This document shows positions 59,162 to 64,000 of a stretch of 64,000 nucleotides of DNA, piece by piece. Positions within the stretch are counted from its first letter, which is position 1; each line of letters begins with the position of its first letter. The notes beneath the pieces are model-generated. The model did no database searches, was not told the origin of the DNA, and saw only the letters and a list, made by a program, of their open reading frames with translations. Origin of the DNA: the human T2T-CHM13v2.0 reference genome, Homo sapiens; the NCBI RefSeq assembly GCF_009914755.1, contig NC_060933.1; one strand, written 5' to 3'. Made by a program: the position numbers and the translations under genes.

Positions 59162-60541
59162 GCACATGGAAATTAGCCTAAAATCTTACCCTTCAAAAAA
59201 AGCAATATTGTCCATTGACAGTTGTGTGTACAGTCTTACAGATTTAATTTGTCTTACTGACTAGTGTAGGCAACGTATTTTTAGAGGACATTGCTCTGAA
59301 ATGTAGAATACTTTAAAAAACTATCAATGTTCAGGTTTGAAGGGGTCTAAAAATAGCACTACCCTTCCCAACATAAGGAACAACTTAAATGAGTAGTAAA
59401 CCAAAAGCAAATCACACAGAACCCAATATAGCAGCTATATTAGTGTTAAACCAAGTTGCCTTCTTGGTCTATCAGGGACAGTCCTGATCTAGGGTGGATA
59501 GATCAATTAACATTTGTTTATTCTGTTTGGTACATTCTTTTGTTCTCAAAAGTCTCTCCATATGGGCAATAAATACATAATTACCATAGCCAAAAGTTAT
59601 GTGGAAGAATGTCACTTAGTTTTAAAGCAACATTTAACTGCCAAAGAAGAAATCCCACCATTAAACAGACATGTCTATCTGGTGACTGGCAGTACTGAAT
59701 CACCACAGGTCTTCCCGTACAGTGACATCATCCTACAAGCTTACAGCAAGGAGGGGGAGCAAGGAGAGAACAGCAGTTTCTTGCTGTCCTCCTGGCTCTT
59801 AAGAGAAATGGCCCAGAAAGTTACGTGATACATGCCTCACATATTTTCCTAATCTACCAGTTTGGTAGCTCACTTACCATCCATAGGTAGCACTGAAAGC
59901 CAGGCCAGGACAAGAACACAAGAATGTTTCACTGCTGGATGATAATCAATGTAGAAGCATGAGGTCGAGGAAAGGAGTGACCCACCTTTTCTAAATAAAG
60001 AATCTGGCTTTCTATCTTGGGGAGGTCACTCAATAAAAGGCTAAGGGAGCCTAAACAATGGCTCCCATTACATTTTACTATGTGAACTAAGTTTTTTTAT
60101 ATTATTATGTTAAACAAAGGGAAAATATAGAAGAGTAAAAATAAAAAATAAAAATCACCAATAATCAAAAATCACAAATAATCCAATGACTATGACCTAC
60201 ACATATTTTTGTATATATCCTTCCAGTCTTTTTAAAAAATAAGATGTAGTTAGACATAAAGAAAAGATAAACAGTAGGTATGTGGCCTTCCTTTATATGA
60301 AGACACTTGAGGGTTTGTTCTCTGGTTGAATCCTCCTTATAATGGTAACTTAAAGAATTCAATGAAGTGTTACAAGATCCCAGAAAAAGAAGAATCTGGC
60401 AAAGTTACCATGCACAAGATCAAACACCTAAAAATTGTTGCCCAGATTGTTTATTGAGTAATGATATTTATGAAATGCAGTTATATTTGTAAATGGAAGT
60501 TAGTCATGTACCCCTCAAGAGGTTAAGTAACTATTGGGTAA

Positions 60542-60665
60542 GCTATGGTTTGCATGTGGTTTGTCCCACCAAAATTTACGTTAAAGTTTAATTGCCAGTA
60601 TGGTAGTGTTAAGAGGAGGGGTCTAAAGGGAGGCATTTGGAAACTGAGGCATTTGATCAGATTAA
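60542..60665 (+). mobile_element. MST/MLT1A LTR 5' fragment
   Basis: gctatggtttg.atgtggtttgtccc..aaaatt.a.gtt.aa.tttaat. Confidence 0.55.
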
Positions 60666-60694
60666 TTAAATTCAACAAAATTCAGGTACCTACT

Positions 60695-61044
60695 TGTATT
60701 AGTCCATTTTCACACTGCTATAAAGAATTACCTGAGACTGGGTAATTTGTAAAGAAAAGAGATTGAATTGACTCACAGTTCCACATGGCTGGGGAGACCT
60801 CAGGAAACTTACAATCATGGCGGAAGGTGAAGGGGAAGCAAGCACCTTCTTCACATGGTAGCAGGAAAGAGAGTGCATGAGAAGAGAAGTGCCACACATT
60901 TTTAAACCATGAGATCTCATGAGAACTCACTATCACAAGAACAGCAAGGGGGAAATCAGCCCCTATGATCCAATCACTTCCCACCAGGCCCCTCCTCCAA
61001 TTCAACAAGAGATTTTGGTGGGGACTCAAAGCCAAACCACATCA
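60695..61044 (-). mobile_element. THE1D/MSTA-like solo LTR
   Basis: TGTATTAGTCC...CCAAACCACATCA termini; TSD CTACT at 60690-60694 and 61045-61049. Confidence 0.9.
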
Positions 61045-64000
61045 CTACTATTAGACAAGCAGTATGCAAGTACTTAGGATGCAAAGGCAAGAATATATTG
61101 CCTCTTATTTATAGACAAAATAGACACCGATCTTTTTTCTTGTGTCTTCCATAGTACCCTCCTTGAAGACAGTAACAGAAATTGTAAAATGATATTCAAT
61201 ATTGAATCAGTGAATTACCGGGGAAAAAAAAACTGGTCTCAAATGATTTTCAAGCAGATGGCTAAGAAAAGGTCCTTTTCTAAAAGGATTATTAAAAAAA
61301 AAATAAATACAGCCAAGCCACACAGGCATGGCGAAGCCTATGGAGTTTTAAAAGGTTTTCTTCAATGACTATTTTTATCTCCTGAAGCATAATTATTAGG
61401 CATCACAAATACAACTAAGTGAAGATTTACTTTCATCTTACATTATTTTCATTTAAAAATCACAAAGCATCAGGGGACCTTTCTTTCTATCTTGACGGTT
61501 AGATGCTTCTGTTCCCTGCTGCTATTAGTCCCAAGGATAAAAATGTGAAGTTGCTATAAATGACTTTGTCAATTTTATTTAGAAATTCAAAGTTTCAAAC
61601 TGACACCAAGTCAGGCAACTCTAAATCTTACTGAACTTCACCCGCATATGTATACCTTCATGGTAATTTTCTTGCACGAAGAAGAGAAAGTAGCAGCAGA
61701 GAATTATTTTTTTAAGCACAGAATTATTTCCCTTGCTACTGGTATCACCTATGTAATGACAACAATTTCAAAATAGATATTTGAGCTTTGCCATTTGTTT
61801 TCATTAAATCAGTCCTCAGAGGAGATAGTTTTTTTCAGTTTGTTAGATAAAATAATTTTTCTCTATTATTGTACCTATCAGGCTATATTACTTAATATCT
61901 GCACAACTTGCCACAATCCAGTACACTAAATCATCTGGGGTAATTATAATTAAAATATTGAGTGAATATATAGAATATGGCAGAAAACAAATGAAGTAAT
62001 ATTTTTACCTGAGTTAAATAAATTTTATTGTCCAATATGGTAAGCAAGAATAAATGGGGCAAAGGTTGGAAAAGCAACAATTTATAGAATAGATATCAGG
62101 AAAGGAGAGCATGAAATAGCAAAAAGAAACAAAAGGGCTTTAGAAGTCAAATTGAAATCATAAGAGAAATAAAAATAAAAGGAATTTGTAGAGTTTCTGA
62201 TACAGTGGCACCTCCTGGGTTATATCAAAGTTATTAGAGATTCAAATCAAGTAGTAGAAAACAAGCTTAATGACAGAAAAGAAACTTCAAATTACCTTTT
62301 GAAAATTTCCATGTGTTCATGTCCATTTACAATATTCACTATTTAAGTCTGCTGAGATGTTATTTTTGTTTTTAGAGAAAAGCAAAACAAGTGGTTTCAT
62401 AATATCTTGCAGTAATATGTCATTGCTTCTTCCAGCTGTGGTTGCACAAGCTGTGAGCTTATTCTAGCCCTACTCTCACTTTAATCAGAATGGATTTAAT
62501 AGAACCTTCCCAAGGTTTTGGAACTACACATCTAGATTCTCTTGCTTTGAACCTCCTCCTCTCAGGTCTATAACTGGACTTCTGAAATGTTCCTGAGATA
62601 TCAACTTCACTTTGTGCCCCAGTTTGGATAACTGGGTCTCTGTCTTCTCTCCTCTGCTTTTAGTTCTTATTTTTATCATCTAAGCAATTCTTTAATGCTG
62701 TGAGGACTGCACCTCTGCTGTTTTCATGAAAGTCACCTAACCAGGGGAGGGACGCGGCCTCTGGATCACAGCCAAATACTCAAGCACTGGTACTTGCTGA
62801 CAGCCTAAACTGTGCCTATGCTTATATTACCATTGCCATGTCCACTGGTATGTTTTATCTACTCATTGAATTATTTTTGCTGGAATGAATTTTTTATTAT
62901 ACCATTAGCTTACATGAAAGAACATTATAAAAATTAGCCAGCTCTTGAAATTCATTTATGTACGGCTACTACTGAGACTATTTCTCATCACCTTGTATAA
63001 GGAGTTCTTTATGAGGATCCATAGGAAGACTTCCTCTTTGAACCTACACACAGGAATCGTTATATCTGAAACTCATTATTTTGTATTTATTGTCATGCTT
63101 GTTTTTATTTTTTGAACATTCAAATTATATAACTGACTGTTTTCCACTTTTCGATAGTTGTTAGAAAAATTCAGCCTCCACCTTTATCAACTAGGCAGCA
63201 CCTCACAGCCAATGTTTGTTTGCAGTAATTTCATCCCTGTCTTTCCCTACAAAATTCATCTCCCCAAAGTTTAGAAAGGCTCACCTAATTATTTTTAGTT
63301 TGCTCTTATCTTAGTGAGTTGAGTGTATTTTTGTAAGCTGTTTATAGTTTTGGAGAGGATAAAGATGGGGTAAAATAAATACATTCTACAGAAACATCAC
63401 TTCCTGTTCCAGCCTGCAATCATGTAATGCCAGTTACGTCAGGGCAGAGGTTCCCCACCCATGAGATTCTGATTCTTCCACACCGTCCTCACCGTCTACA
63501 GTGACTGCCAGTTTTCAGGCTCTACACACAGGTCTGTGTTCCCAGTGTCTGTCTTAGGATATGGGGGAGACTAGTTCTGGGGTCTAAGTCTTCAGTCTGT
63601 CTGTGTTCCTGAAGATGACTTGTAAAAAGCGAGGTAGGATAGTAGAATCTTTCATCCCTTGACCTTCAGCTATCATTGGCTTCAAAAATATCTTTCTCAC
63701 CTTTAGCAATCTCATTTTTAAAGTTCTTTCCAAAATGAAATTTTACTACCTCCTTCAATAATTCATTTCAAGTATAAAGTATCCAAGATTTAGGAAATTC
63801 TATTTGTCTCTAACCAAAGTCGATGTATTGCTTTACATTATCATTACTGTTAAGACTGAAAGGTGGAAGAGAAAATCTATTCATTCTCTCCTCATTATCT
63901 TGAAGATGACTATTAACCATAACCCCAGAACTAAACATCTTAAAAATATTCAACTCAAGGATTCTTTAAGTTTTACGTATGTCAGTAAACATTCACCAGG

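Overview
This is AT-rich, CpG-depleted primate DNA, almost certainly human because it carries a consensus-like AluYa5. It looks like a gene desert or deep intron, and I can support no host exon, RNA gene, CpG island or CRISPR array. Most of the window is transposon-derived: one full-length but inactive L1PA3/L1PA4 (47005-53166, nested in MER2), truncated L1PA7 and L1PA8 copies, many old L1M fragments, two complete THE1C proviruses with target-site duplications (TSDs), four solo LTRs, eight Alus, and MIR/L2/MER5 relics. I found no new gene system. The most unusual structures are DNA-repair-like scars. One is a ~410-bp insertion at 41464-41872 copied from two local donors, with fold-back hairpins at both junctions. 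The other is a 74-bp copy of THE1C internal sequence placed into its own 5' LTR. Three non-repetitive islands (23.2, 32.6 and 56.5 kb) are palindromic or retain CpGs and may be conserved non-coding elements. Subfamily calls come from remembered consensus diagnostics rather than a search, and boundaries of old elements are approximate.
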